Shown one piece after another: positions 49,389 to 59,899 of a stretch of 64,000 nt of DNA. This DNA is from an uncultured Acidimicrobiales bacterium (GTDB lineage Bacteria > Actinomycetota > Acidimicrobiia > Acidimicrobiales > VFJN01). The first letter of the stretch is position 1. Each line of letters opens with the position of its first letter. The notes under the pieces are model-generated. The model saw nothing but the letters and a program-made list of their open reading frames with translations. It did not search any database and was not told the DNA's origin. Made by a program: the position numbers and the translations under genes. The stretch lies in the NCBI GenBank assembly GCA_963735395.1, contig CAVTKV010000013.1:23861-87860 (forward strand). The letters run 5' to 3'.

Positions 49389-49904
49389 ATGCTCCCGTCC
49401 GAGCGGCGGTCGTTCGTCCGCACCCACCGCACCTGTGTCTTCGGGACCGCTCGCCGGGCCGACGGCCCGGCGATGTCGGTCGTGTACTACGTGCCAACCG
49501 ACGGCGACGAGCTGCTGGTGTCGACCATGCGCGACCGGGGCAAGGCCAAGGTCGTCGCCCGGGAGGGCAAGGCCAGCCTGTGCGTGCTCGACGAGCGTTG
49601 GCCGTTCAGCTACCTGCAGGTCTATTGCGACGCCTCGGTCGACGAGGATCCCGACCTCGTGGTCGACGTGATGATGGCGGTGGCGGCCCGCATGTCGGGC
49701 GAGCCGCTGGGCGAGGAGGCCCGGCCGTTCGTGGCCGCCATGGCCGCGGAGGAGCGCCGGGTCGTCCTGCGCTGTCGGCCGTATGCCACCTTCGCCCAGC
49801 CGCCCCGGCACCTCCATGCCAACGACCAGGCCGAGCCGATCACCCACTGGGTGTCGGCCTCGCTGCCCTGGGACGCCCCCGACCCCATCGAGGCGCCGAG
49901 ATGA
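49389..49904 (+). CDS. PPOX-class F420-dependent oxidoreductase (pyridoxamine 5'-phosphate oxidase fold)
   Basis: MLPSERRSFVRTHRTCVFGTARRADGPAMSVVYYVPTDGDELLVSTMRDRGKAKVVAREGKASLCVLDE is the typical PPOX/F420 N-terminal pattern. The TGA overlaps the next ATG (ATGA). Confidence 0.85.
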   Translation: MLPSERRSFVRTHRTCVFGTARRADGPAMSVVYYVPTDGDELLVSTMRDRGKAKVVAREGKASLCVLDERWPFSYLQVYCDASVDEDPDLVVDVMMAVAARMSGEPLGEEARPFVAAMAAEERRVVLRCRPYATFAQPPRHLHANDQAEPITHWVSASLPWDAPDPIEAPR

Positions 49905-50785
49905 GGCTCGCCAACCTTGGTGGGCGGGCGACGCTGGTGGTGCCCGGGAGCGAAGATCGGGGCGCCGACATCGCCAAGGCGTCCGGCGGCCAGTTCCGCC
50001 CCGAGATGCAAGCTCTCTACGAGGAGTGGGACGCCTTGCGGGCCTTCGTCGCCGAGGGCCCGTCCGCCGACGCCAGCTTCTTGGGCTTCGACACAGCGGG
50101 CCCCGACACCTGGACCACCACGGTGGCCCGGCTGGAGGACGCCGGCTATCCGGTGGGGCATGCCACCCCCGAGCAGGCCGACGTGCGGCGTGTCGATCAG
50201 CTGGCCTACGTCGAGGCGCCCTGGGGGGTCCGGGTCGAGGTGACCCACGGCCTCGCCGACGCCGAGGAGCCCTTCGCCTCGCCACTGGTGGCCGGCGGCT
50301 TCGTGACCAAGGGCGTGGGGTTCGGCCACGTCGTGTTCGCCACCACCGCGTTCGACGCGTCGCACCGCTTCGTGACCGAAGGGTTGGGACTGCGCCAGAC
50401 CGACTGGGTCGAGACCGAGATCGCCGCCGGCGTCGAGCTGGAGATCCGCTTCTACCACGGCAACCCGCGGCACCACTCGCTGGCGCTGGCCCGGGCACCG
50501 TTCGACCTACCGAAGCGCCTGCACCACCTGATGGTCGAGGTCACCGACCGCGACGACGTCGGCCACGCGTTCGACCGGGCCTGGAACGCCCGGTGCGTCA
50601 TCGCCAACGGCCTCGGCCACCACCCCAACGACGGCATGTTCAGCTTCTACGTCGAGTCCCCGGCCGGCTTCCAGGTCGAGGTCGGCCACGGCGCCCGCCT
50701 CGTGACCGAGGACTGGGACGAGAACCACCGCTACGACCGCATCAGCACCTGGGGCCACCAACCGCTCCAACCGCCCATCATCTGA
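49901..50785 (+). CDS. VOC-family type I extradiol ring-cleavage dioxygenase (BphC/catechol-2,3-dioxygenase-like)
   Basis: Two VOC modules. C-terminal metal ligands in ...FYHGNPRHHSLAL... and ...LGHHPNDGMFSFYVESPAGFQVEVG.... Confidence 0.8.
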   Translation: MRLANLGGRATLVVPGSEDRGADIAKASGGQFRPEMQALYEEWDALRAFVAEGPSADASFLGFDTAGPDTWTTTVARLEDAGYPVGHATPEQADVRRVDQLAYVEAPWGVRVEVTHGLADAEEPFASPLVAGGFVTKGVGFGHVVFATTAFDASHRFVTEGLGLRQTDWVETEIAAGVELEIRFYHGNPRHHSLALARAPFDLPKRLHHLMVEVTDRDDVGHAFDRAWNARCVIANGLGHHPNDGMFSFYVESPAGFQVEVGHGARLVTEDWDENHRYDRISTWGHQPLQPPII

Positions 50786-50803
50786 AGGTCTACCGAACCG
50801 CGC

Positions 50804-52819
50804 TCAGGCCCGGACGTCCGTCGTCACCAGTTCAGCGCGGTGGTGCTCCATCGCAGGTTCGATGTCGACGAAGAAGACGTTGGCCGTGCAGGCACCGAGG
50901 TGGTGGCGCCCGCAGGCGACCTCTCGGGAACCGCCTGCGATCGTGCCCCGTGCCTCGACCCCGCCGTCGCTGGTGAGCGTGAACACCGGCCCCCCGCTGT
51001 CGCCCTGGCCGGCGGCAACCTCGGTGCCGGGATCGACAAGGGGGGGATCGGGCATGATCGTGACCCACGATTCAGGGGCCGCGACGTCGAACGCGAATCG
51101 GGCCAGGTTTCCCGCGTGCTGTCGCGACGTGGCCTCGACGACACTGGAGTAGGTGGTCGAGCCCGCCGGCCGGTAGAAGGTGTCGACGTTCACGACCACG
51201 AGGTCGCAGCGTGCCCCCGTTGCGGCGCCGGATGTGCAGACCTCGTCGCCCTTCACGTTGCGCCCCGACTGACGCACCGGTCGCGTGAACTCGGCGGTTC
51301 CACCCACGCCCCCGGTATAGATGCGGGCCCCGACCTCCTCGACGGGGATGAGCCGGGAGTCGAGCCGCACATCGCCGGCACCGCCTTCGGGGCCGACCAC
51401 CCGGGTCCGGTCACCGTTGCGGAACTGGCCCCGACCGTCGCCCCGGCAATGGGCGGCCGTCAGCAGGCCGAACGACGTGGACGACCGGGGTTCGACACCG
51501 CGGACGCCGAAGCCACTGGAGCAATGCCCTTCGCCGACGATGCGGGCGCCGCCGAGCCACGGCGGCGAGTCGGCCACTCGGTTGAACTGCCTCGGCGGCG
51601 CATCGACCACCAGATGGACGGGCACGCCCAGGGCAGCTTCGAGCGTGCGGTGGGCCCGGTCGGACCAGCGGGCGGCGCCGTCGGCATCGAGCCCGGCAGG
51701 GCGGGCGATGCCCACATCGATGCCGCTGCCCTCGGGCAAGACCGCCACGCGGTAGATGCGGTCAGCGAGGGGTTCCGCCACCAGCGGTATCTGCGTCCGA
51801 TCGGCGGTCACCAGCGCGTCGGCCCGATCCAGCAGGTAGCGACGTGTGAAGGCTGCCGACCGTGCGGCAACCTGGATGCCGGTCGCGGCATTGGCTCGCT
51901 CGATCGCGTCCGCCACCGCCGCAGGCGGCACGCCCTTCCAGTAGAGATCGACCTCGCCGTGGTCGGGTGAGACGACCACGCCGGCGAAGCCCTCGTCCGC
52001 GCCCGTGTGGGGCGCGGACTCGACCGCATCGAGCACGAGGTCGGCGGCAGCGTCGATACGCGACTGGGCACCGATCGCCGCGACGCTGGGCGCTCCAGGC
52101 TCGCTGACGCCCGTGATCGGGAACGTGATGTCCCGGCGGCCATCCGCGCCCCACGCGGTCACCGCCACCGTCCGAGCTGCGTCGGGATCACAGCTCCACG
52201 CCACGGTGGCCATCCCCCAAAGATCGGCGGACAGCACGATCGGTCGGTCCAGGTCCGGTGAGGTCAGGCGGATCGTTTCAAGGGGCTCGGCGCCGCGCAG
52301 CGTCCCGGCGGTTCGTTCGGATGCGTCGCACAGCAACGGATCGTCGCTGGGCAGGAACTGGAGCTGCCGGGCGGGCGTCACCGGAGCCGGAACCGTCGGC
52401 GGGGTGGGCGTCGATCGCGGCGGTATGCGTCGGGCCGGAGGGTTGGACGTGGGGTCGGGGAGAGGACCGGGCGGCGGTGGCGGCCCCGTCCCGGACGACG
52501 GCGACCCAGCCGACCGAACGGGCCCGGGGGACGTCCGGGCGGCGGTGCCCGCGGGCGTCGCCGGTTCCCTGGGCGCACGCCGACCGCGCCCGGCCGCGTC
52601 CGGCGCGGGAGTGGTCCGGGGCCCAGCCGGGGCGGCGGATGGCGTGTCCATCGCGCGCTCGTCCTGATCAGCGGGCGCGCCTGACCCGCCCGGGACGCTG
52701 GAGGGCGGATCGTCCTGCGAGCGGTCGGGCACTGGCACCACGAGGCTCAGGAGCGTCGCGCCCAACGCGACGAGCAAGACCAGCATGCCCCCGACGGTGA
52801 CGCTGAATCTCCTCAGCAC
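50804..52819 (-). CDS. secreted S1-family (chymotrypsin/streptogrisin-like) serine protease with an N-terminal TM anchor, Pro-rich linker and alpha-lytic-type prodomain
   Basis: GLLTAAHC (His), GDSGGPVF (Ser). N-terminal LVLLVALGATLLSLVVPVP, then a roughly 130-aa Pro/Thr/Ala-rich low-complexity region. GTG at 52819 with a GAGGAGAA RBS. Confidence 0.85.
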   Translation of the reverse strand: MLRRFSVTVGGMLVLLVALGATLLSLVVPVPDRSQDDPPSSVPGGSGAPADQDERAMDTPSAAPAGPRTTPAPDAAGRGRRAPREPATPAGTAARTSPGPVRSAGSPSSGTGPPPPPGPLPDPTSNPPARRIPPRSTPTPPTVPAPVTPARQLQFLPSDDPLLCDASERTAGTLRGAEPLETIRLTSPDLDRPIVLSADLWGMATVAWSCDPDAARTVAVTAWGADGRRDITFPITGVSEPGAPSVAAIGAQSRIDAAADLVLDAVESAPHTGADEGFAGVVVSPDHGEVDLYWKGVPPAAVADAIERANAATGIQVAARSAAFTRRYLLDRADALVTADRTQIPLVAEPLADRIYRVAVLPEGSGIDVGIARPAGLDADGAARWSDRAHRTLEAALGVPVHLVVDAPPRQFNRVADSPPWLGGARIVGEGHCSSGFGVRGVEPRSSTSFGLLTAAHCRGDGRGQFRNGDRTRVVGPEGGAGDVRLDSRLIPVEEVGARIYTGGVGGTAEFTRPVRQSGRNVKGDEVCTSGAATGARCDLVVVNVDTFYRPAGSTTYSSVVEATSRQHAGNLARFAFDVAAPESWVTIMPDPPLVDPGTEVAAGQGDSGGPVFTLTSDGGVEARGTIAGGSREVACGRHHLGACTANVFFVDIEPAMEHHRAELVTTDVRA

Positions 52820-52940
52820 GGTGTTCTCCTCGCGTGTCCCGAGCGGTCGCCCATGCCTGATTCGTGCCGCCGGGCCCGCCCGGATGACGTCGAGCATCGG
52901 CGCGTGGGCGGCTGGGCGAGCGCGCCGATGTGGCAGGCGG

Positions 52941-53105
52941 GTCAGCGTCTCCGTGCCCGAGAGGGCTGCAGCGCGGCGAGCAGGCTCGGATAGTCCGGGG
53001 CACCGTCGTGACGCACGCCGTTGACGACGAAGGTGGGCGTGCCGTTGACCCCGCTGCGCACTCCGCTCAGGAAGTCCTGACGCACCCGGCCGGCGTGAAT
53101 GTCGA
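52941..53105 (-). pseudogene. DsbA-like thioredoxin-fold protein, C-terminal remnant
   Basis: Minus-strand translation ...FDIHAGRVRQDFLSGVRSGVNGTPTFVVNGVRHDGAPDYPSLLAALQPSRARRR* matches the DsbA C-terminus (GV.GTPTFfvNG). There is no upstream body in frame. Confidence 0.4.
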
Positions 53106-53384
53106 AGCTGCGCGCGGCCGAGGCCGAGCTCGACCTCCGTCTTGGACGTGTCCTACCAGCGCTTCAGCCGTTCCGAGCTCACGGCCGACGAGATGGCCAA
53201 GGAGCGCGACGGACTGATCCGGGCGTTCAACCGCCGCGTCATGGCCGAGAACATCCGCTACCGCAGCATGCTGCGTCGACGGCGCCCGGGCTGAGCGACG
53301 TCCCGCCCTTCGCATTTCCGCTGTCCGTCATCCCGATCGCCAGTCACAGATTCAGAGTGCGCGATCACGTGGCGGGGTGGGGCC

Positions 53385-53891
53385 TCATACCTCGCTCGTG
53401 GCTTGTCGGCGCCGGAAGGCGGCGGCCTTGACCCTGTTCTGGCAGGTGGTCGAGCAGAAGCGCCGGCTCTCGTTCGTGGATCCGTCGAGGAACACGCGAT
53501 CGCAGTCGTCGCTCGCGGAGGCGCCGAGACGGCTGACGGCGCCGGCCCCGATCATGCGGGCCATCCCCTCCGCGCAGATGGCGGTCACCATCGGCACCAG
53601 GGTTGCGTCGACGGGGTGATGGTGCAGACGCCATTGCCCGTCATCTTTGGCCAGGTGGGGGTGGGCGGGGTGCACTGCGAGCAGGTCGTTGAGTCGGCGT
53701 GCCGAGACGTCGAGGTCGCCGCGATCGAGGCCGCCAACCTCCGCGCCGCCTTCGCCATGGGACACGAGCTGGAGCCCTACGGCGCCACCGCCGTGGCGCT
53801 CACACCCGGCTGGCTGCGCTCCGAGGCCATGCTCGAGGCCTTCGGCGTCACCGAAGCCAACTGGCGCGACGCCACCGAGAGGATCCCCCAC
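53385..53891 (-). CDS. CGNR zinc-finger (ABATE-domain) protein, N-terminus uncertain or possibly truncated
   Basis: The C-terminal CDRVFLDGSTNESRRFCSTTCQNRVKAAAFRRRQ matches zf-CGNR (C..C...F.D.S.N.SRRWC...CGNRAK). The upstream roughly 60 aa are low quality and overlap an SDR remnant on the other strand. Confidence 0.55.
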   Translation of the reverse strand: MGDPLGGVAPVGFGDAEGLEHGLGAQPAGCERHGGGAVGLQLVSHGEGGAEVGGLDRGDLDVSARRLNDLLAVHPAHPHLAKDDGQWRLHHHPVDATLVPMVTAICAEGMARMIGAGAVSRLGASASDDCDRVFLDGSTNESRRFCSTTCQNRVKAAAFRRRQATSEV

Positions 53892-54109
53892 TTCGCCATC
53901 GCCGAGAGCCCCGCCTTCGTCGGCCGCGCCGTCGCCGCTCTCGCCAGCGACCCCGATGTGACCCGCTGGAACGGCCAGTCCTCTCGAGCGGGCAACTCGC
54001 CAAGGTCTACGGCTTCACCGACCTCGACGGCAGCCAGCCCGACGCCTGGCGCTACGTCCCCGAGGTCCAAGACGCCGGCAAACCCGCCGACACCACCGGC
54101 TACCGATGA
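53690..54109 (+). pseudogene. short-chain dehydrogenase/reductase (SDR), C-terminal remnant with a frameshift
   Basis: ...ELEPYGATAVALTPGWLRSEAMLEAFGVTEANWRDATERIPHFAIAESPAFVGRAVAALASDPDVTRWNGQS then a frame change to ...SSGQLAKVYGFTDLDGSQPDAWRYVPEV.... The Rossmann N-terminal half of the SDR is missing. Confidence 0.45.
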
Positions 54110-54125
54110 AGCTCGCCGGCGCGGG

Positions 54126-54602
54126 CTACCTGATCTGGCTCGGCGGGGAGACGCCATCGGCGGCGTGAGCGGTGCGGCCCGAGGTCGTACGGCGCCATAT
54201 GCGCCGGCCGGTGACGACCTCGGGCACGATGCGGATCCAGTGCGCCTTGTCCCCGAGCGCCCAGTAGCGCAGGGGCAGATCTGCCGCCCGGCGCAGGTCG
54301 TCGGGGTTGCTGAGCTCAACCGCGCGCCCCTTGACGAGCACGCTCCAGCCGGTGGCGTCCTCGGGGTCGATGCCGTCGATCTGGTAGCACACGGCGGGGC
54401 TGCGGCAGAGCCCGCGCAGCTTGCTACCGGGATCGGTGCGGAACACGATCGTCTTGCGATCGACCACGTGGTTGACGGGGTAGATCTCGGGGGCACTGTC
54501 GTTGAGGACGCCGATGCGCCCGACCGGCGTCGTCGCGAGCAGCGCCCAGCACTCGGTGGGGCTGATGTGCTCCAACCAGGTTCGTCCATCGATCACACTC
54601 AT
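54126..54602 (-). CDS. pyridoxamine 5'-phosphate oxidase-family (FMN/F420-binding split-barrel) protein
   Basis: MSVIDGRTWLEHISPTECWALLATTPVGRIGVLNDSAPEIYPVNHVVDRKTIVFRTDPGSKL.... RBS CAGGAGGACACG. The ATG overlaps the upstream stop (ATGA). Confidence 0.8.
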   Translation of the reverse strand: MSVIDGRTWLEHISPTECWALLATTPVGRIGVLNDSAPEIYPVNHVVDRKTIVFRTDPGSKLRGLCRSPAVCYQIDGIDPEDATGWSVLVKGRAVELSNPDDLRRAADLPLRYWALGDKAHWIRIVPEVVTGRRIWRRTTSGRTAHAADGVSPPSQIR

Positions 54603-55288
54603 GGCGTGTCCTCCTGGGCGATGTCGTCGACCTGATCGTGGGCGTCCTGCTGGCGATCCGGCAGGGGCGAACGTCCCGGGACGTGGACGGCGACCTCGAC
54701 TGGCCCGTAGGTGCGTCCCGCTCGCCGCACGGCGTCGAGCACCCGCACCGCCAGCGCCTGCTTCACGGCCGGGGCGACGGCGACGGGCAGGTCGAAATGC
54801 ACGCGCAGCCGCGTCGTCTCCGGCTCGATGCGACAGAGCGCCTGGGTGGCGGGGATGCGGGCACCCACGAGGATCGGGTCGGCCAGGCGGAGGATCTCGC
54901 GGCGCAGGACGCCGAGCGCCGCATCGGTGGCGGCTTCGCAGGCGGCCACGACGTCGCCGTCGACGCGGGCCGCCAGCCACGGCTCGTAGGGGTCGAGGGC
55001 GGCCGGACCGTCCTCGACGACGGGTACGTTGGCGCGAATGGCGCAGGTCGCACCCTGCTCGAGCGCCGTCGGTCGGGGGGCGACACGGAGGCGAACGAGC
55101 AGGGCGACATCAATGTGGCGCCCCAGGGGGCACCCAGCGGGATCGATCACGCCCTGGCAGGGGAAGCCGTGGCTGTCGTCGTCGTGGCAGCGGTGAACGT
55201 GATGGCCCGCCGCCTCCAGGGCAGCCACGGCCGAGGCCGCCGCGTCACGGTGACTCCCGATGATCATCACGTCGAGCGGTCTCGTCAT
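54599..55288 (-). CDS. hypothetical protein (Cys/His-rich N-terminal region), coupled to the downstream PPOX-like gene
   Basis: 229 aa, MTRPLDVMIIGSHRDAAASAVAALEAAGHHVHRCHDDDSHGFPCQG.... No family recognised. Confidence 0.55.
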   Translation of the reverse strand: MTRPLDVMIIGSHRDAAASAVAALEAAGHHVHRCHDDDSHGFPCQGVIDPAGCPLGRHIDVALLVRLRVAPRPTALEQGATCAIRANVPVVEDGPAALDPYEPWLAARVDGDVVAACEAATDAALGVLRREILRLADPILVGARIPATQALCRIEPETTRLRVHFDLPVAVAPAVKQALAVRVLDAVRRAGRTYGPVEVAVHVPGRSPLPDRQQDAHDQVDDIAQEDTP

Positions 55289-55374
55289 GTCCCGATCATC
55301 GGGTGCGATCGGGCGGCCGGGGCAGGGGCGACGGTCGCTGGATACAGGGCCGAAGGTCACAGCCCGGTCTCGCC

Positions 55375-56427
55375 TCACTCGGGCTGGTTCAGACCGCGAC
55401 CCAGCGTGTCGCGCAGTGCCTCGAGGCCTGTGTACCGGGGGCTCCAGCCCAGCTCCCGCTTCGCCTTGGTGGTATCCATGATGGCGGGGTGGCTGAGCGC
55501 TTCTGCCCACGCGGTCGCCGGTGGGGTGAACGGCAGGGCCGTCAAGGCCGCCATGGCGCGGGCCGGCGTTCGGACGAGGCCTCCCGGTACTGGAACGGGT
55601 GCGAGCCCAAGCTCTCGGGCGACCTCCGTCGCGTCGAGGACGCCATCGCCGGCGATGTTGTAGGCGCCGGGTGGGCCCGCTCCGACGATGCACAACAGCA
55701 GGGCCTGACCGACGTCGTCCTCGTGGACGAACTGCATCGGCAGGCGGGGGACCGGCGCCGGCAGCGGCACGGGCAGCCTGCTCACGCGACCGGCGAGCCG
55801 GCCCACCAACGGCGCAAGTGGCCCGGGCAGCAGGTCCTTGCCGCCGACGGTGTGCGGGCCCAGCACGATGGACGGGCGCAGGAGGTAGAGGCTGAGCCCG
55901 GAGTGGCCGGCGGCCTCCTCGGCCAGGAGGCGCTCGAGCTCGGCCTTCTCCCGGGCGTAGAAGAGACGAGCGGCGGGCCTGACCGGCCAGTCCTCGGTCA
56001 TGCCGATGGGGTTGTCGGCATGGAACCCGTAGGCGGCGACCGACGAGGCGTAGACGAAGCGCCTCGCTCCGACGGCGGCTGCGGCCCGGACGGCGTTCAG
56101 CGTGCCGTCGACGTTGACCACGCGGGTGGTCGCGTGCGAGGCCGTTCCGGTGATCAGGAACGCGAGGTGGACGACGACGTCGGCACCCTGGAACGCCTGC
56201 TCGAGGCTGGCGGGATCGCGGACGTCGCCCCGCCGGTACTCCATCTTGGTCCACCCGTGGTCTGCGGGGTCGAACGGGCGGCGGGCGATCCCGACCACGT
56301 GTGCGATCCGCGGGTCGGCCTGGAGAAGTGGCACGAGGCCGAAGCCGAACGTGCCGGTGGGGCCGGTGACGGCTGCGACCAGGTCGGACTCCGGCGCGGG
56401 CACGGGGCGACGGTAGCCGGGGATCAC
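55375..56427 (-). CDS. NAD-dependent epimerase/dehydratase family protein (extended SDR)
   Basis: VAAVTGPTGTFGFGLVPLL (GxxGxxG), ...YASSVAAYG..., ...YAREKAELERLL (YxxxK). Confidence 0.85.
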   Translation of the reverse strand: MIPGYRRPVPAPESDLVAAVTGPTGTFGFGLVPLLQADPRIAHVVGIARRPFDPADHGWTKMEYRRGDVRDPASLEQAFQGADVVVHLAFLITGTASHATTRVVNVDGTLNAVRAAAAVGARRFVYASSVAAYGFHADNPIGMTEDWPVRPAARLFYAREKAELERLLAEEAAGHSGLSLYLLRPSIVLGPHTVGGKDLLPGPLAPLVGRLAGRVSRLPVPLPAPVPRLPMQFVHEDDVGQALLLCIVGAGPPGAYNIAGDGVLDATEVARELGLAPVPVPGGLVRTPARAMAALTALPFTPPATAWAEALSHPAIMDTTKAKRELGWSPRYTGLEALRDTLGRGLNQPE

Positions 56428-56429
56428 CC

Positions 56430-56677
56430 GGTGGACGTGGGATCGCCCTGCGTGCCGACCGCGCCCGCGGCGGCGCGGGCGTACGCCGGTGCCAGGAGAT
56501 CACGGCGCGACACGATGCCGACGAGTCGACCGTCGGAGGCCACGACGGGCACACGTCGGTCGTCATCACGTCGCGTACATGCACGACGTCTGTGAACCCA
56601 GGCACGACTACATCGCGGACGGGGTCACCCGGGTGGCTGCCCTCCGCGACGATGCTGTCATCAGTCCTGGCCGTCAT
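56430..56677 (-). pseudogene. CBS-domain protein remnant (internal deletion/frameshift)
   Basis: ...VRDVMTTD in one frame and RRVPVVASDGRLVGIVSRRDLLAPAYARAAAG...* in another, with the intervening roughly 25 aa of a CBS motif missing. Confidence 0.35.
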
Positions 56678-56896
56678 GGCATTCCTCCTTGTGCCCCATG
56701 CTGTGGCCTCCTGTCATTGAACGAGATCGACCGATCAGGTGCCCAGGGTCGAACGTCCTTTCCTGGCGGGCCTCGCTCCCGTCTCCGGGCCCACGGAGCC
56801 GGCAAGCGCGTGGGGACCTTCGACCCTGGCGTGGCGCACGTCGGGCGGCGACGCTGGTGGCATGAAAGGACGGCGCGTCGTCGTCGGTGGCGGCTC

Positions 56897-58177
56897 GTGA
56901 ACAGGCCGAGCCCGGTTGCCGGTCCCCCGGAGGATGTCCTCGACCACATCGACGACGGTGACGATCTGATCGTGCCGCTCGCCAATGGCGAGCCCGTGTC
57001 GGTGCTCGATGCGATCGAGGCCCACGCCGAGCGCTTCCGGGGCGTGCGCGTCCACCAGATGCATGCCCTGCACGACCGCCCCTACCTCCACGGCAAGGTG
57101 CGCGACCACCTGCTGCACGTCTCGTACTTCCTGTCGCCTGTCACTCGCCCCGCGTTCCACGAGCGCGGGTGCGAGCTCGTGCCCAACCATTTCAGCGAGG
57201 TTCCGCGCCTGCTGCGCGAGACGACGAAGTGCTCGATGGTGCTCGCCGCGGCGGCCCCGATGGACCGGCACGGCTACTTCTCGCTCGGCACCAGCTGCGA
57301 CTACGTGGCGCCGTTCATCGGCCGGGTGCCGTTCTTCCTGGAGGTAAACGACGGCATGCCACGCACCTTCGGGCGCAACCAGGTCCACGTCAGCCAGGTG
57401 GCGGGGTGGACCGAGGTCGACCGGCCACTCGTCGAGGTGGCGCGACCGGTGCCGTCGAGCGTGGACGAGCGCATCGCCGCCCACGTGGTCGAGCGCATCC
57501 CGGATGGCGCCACGATCCAGGCGGGGATCGGGTCGATCCCCAACGCGCTGCTCGCCGGTCTGCACGACCACCGCGACCTGGGTGTGCACACCGAGTTGCT
57601 CTCGGACGCGCTGATCCGTCTGGTGGAGAGCGGGGTGGTGACCGGCACGCGCAAGCGGCTCGTGCCCGGCAAGGTCGTCACCACGTTCGCGCTCGGCACC
57701 CAGGAGCTCTACGACTTCCTGCACGAGAACCCGGCCATCGAGTTCCTGCCGGTCGACTACGTCAACGACCCCCGGGTGATCGCGCGCGAGGACTGCTTCG
57801 TGTCGATCAACGCGACGACCGAGGTCGACCTGGTCGGCCAGTGCGCGTCCGAGACGGTGGGCGGCCGCTACTGGTCCTCCAGCGGGGGACAGGCCGACTT
57901 CGCCCGCGGTGCCATGTACTCGCCGCACGGCAGGGCCTTCGTGGTCCTGCCGTCGACGGCCGCGGACGGCGACATCTCCCGGATCACGGCGACCCTGACA
58001 CCAGGGTCGATGGTGACCACCCTGAAGAACACCGTCGACCACATCGTCACCGAGTACGGCGTGGCCGACATGCGTGGCCGCTCGCTCTCCCAGCGCGCCA
58101 CCGCCCTCATCCGCGTGGCTCACCCCCGCTTTCGCGATGATCTCACCGCGCAGGCACGCCGGCTCGGCTACTTGTAG
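56897..58177 (+). CDS. acetyl-CoA hydrolase/transferase family protein (4-hydroxybutyrate/succinyl-CoA:acetate CoA-transferase-like)
   Basis: ...DDGDDLIVPLANGEP..., ...GIGSIPNALLAGL..., ...EVDLVGQCASETVGGRYWSSSGGQADFARGA..., the conserved CoA-transferase C-terminal core. GTG start at 56897 chosen. Confidence 0.85.
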   Translation: MNRPSPVAGPPEDVLDHIDDGDDLIVPLANGEPVSVLDAIEAHAERFRGVRVHQMHALHDRPYLHGKVRDHLLHVSYFLSPVTRPAFHERGCELVPNHFSEVPRLLRETTKCSMVLAAAAPMDRHGYFSLGTSCDYVAPFIGRVPFFLEVNDGMPRTFGRNQVHVSQVAGWTEVDRPLVEVARPVPSSVDERIAAHVVERIPDGATIQAGIGSIPNALLAGLHDHRDLGVHTELLSDALIRLVESGVVTGTRKRLVPGKVVTTFALGTQELYDFLHENPAIEFLPVDYVNDPRVIAREDCFVSINATTEVDLVGQCASETVGGRYWSSSGGQADFARGAMYSPHGRAFVVLPSTAADGDISRITATLTPGSMVTTLKNTVDHIVTEYGVADMRGRSLSQRATALIRVAHPRFRDDLTAQARRLGYL

Positions 58178-58179
58178 CC

Positions 58180-58710
58180 GTGGCTGCGCCTCCGCAGGTC
58201 GCGCCCGTCGAGCTTCGGGACGGCACGGTTGTCGATCTCGTCGCGATGCGGCCGGCGGACGCCGAGCGCTTGGTGCGGTTCCATCACAGGCTGTCGCCGG
58301 AGACGACCTACCTACGGTTCTTCTCGTTCCATCCTGAGCTGAGCAACGACGAGCTGTACCGGTTCACGCACGTCGACCATCGAGACCGGGAAGCCGTCGT
58401 GGCCGTCGCCGCCGGCGAGATCGTGGGTGTCGCCCGGTTCGACCGCCTCGAGAGCAGGCCGGATGCCGAGGTGGCCTTCGTGGTCGCCGACAGCTGGCAG
58501 GGCCGCGGGCTGGGCACGCTCCTCTTCGAGCAGCTGGCCCGACGGGCCCGCCAGGTCGGCATCGCCCGGTTCGTCGCGGAGACGTTGGCGCACAACCATC
58601 CGATGTTGGCCGTGTTCCACAACGCCGGCCTGCCTGTGACCAAGCGCTTCGAGGACGGAGTAGTCCACCTTGCCATCGACCTCGAGCGAGGTACCAAGGT
58701 TCAGCCCTGA
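58180..58710 (+). CDS. GNAT-family N-acetyltransferase
   Basis: ...VADSWQGRGLGTLLFEQLARRARQVGIARFVAETLAHNHPML is GNAT motif A (Q/RxxGxG/A). It sits 3 bp after the CoA-transferase stop. Confidence 0.85.
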   Translation: MAAPPQVAPVELRDGTVVDLVAMRPADAERLVRFHHRLSPETTYLRFFSFHPELSNDELYRFTHVDHRDREAVVAVAAGEIVGVARFDRLESRPDAEVAFVVADSWQGRGLGTLLFEQLARRARQVGIARFVAETLAHNHPMLAVFHNAGLPVTKRFEDGVVHLAIDLERGTKVQP

Positions 58711-58723
58711 CCCGGCCTCGTAG

Positions 58724-59881
<1,158 letters not shown>

Positions 59882-59899
59882 TGACGGTCTGCCGGAGCA

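Noticed and set aside
54599-56677. 692-aa minus ORF 54599..56677 as one protein
   Set aside because: It is composite: a 229-aa hypothetical at 54599..55288, non-coding frame-through across the epimerase gene, which is in another frame, and a CBS remnant at the 5' end.
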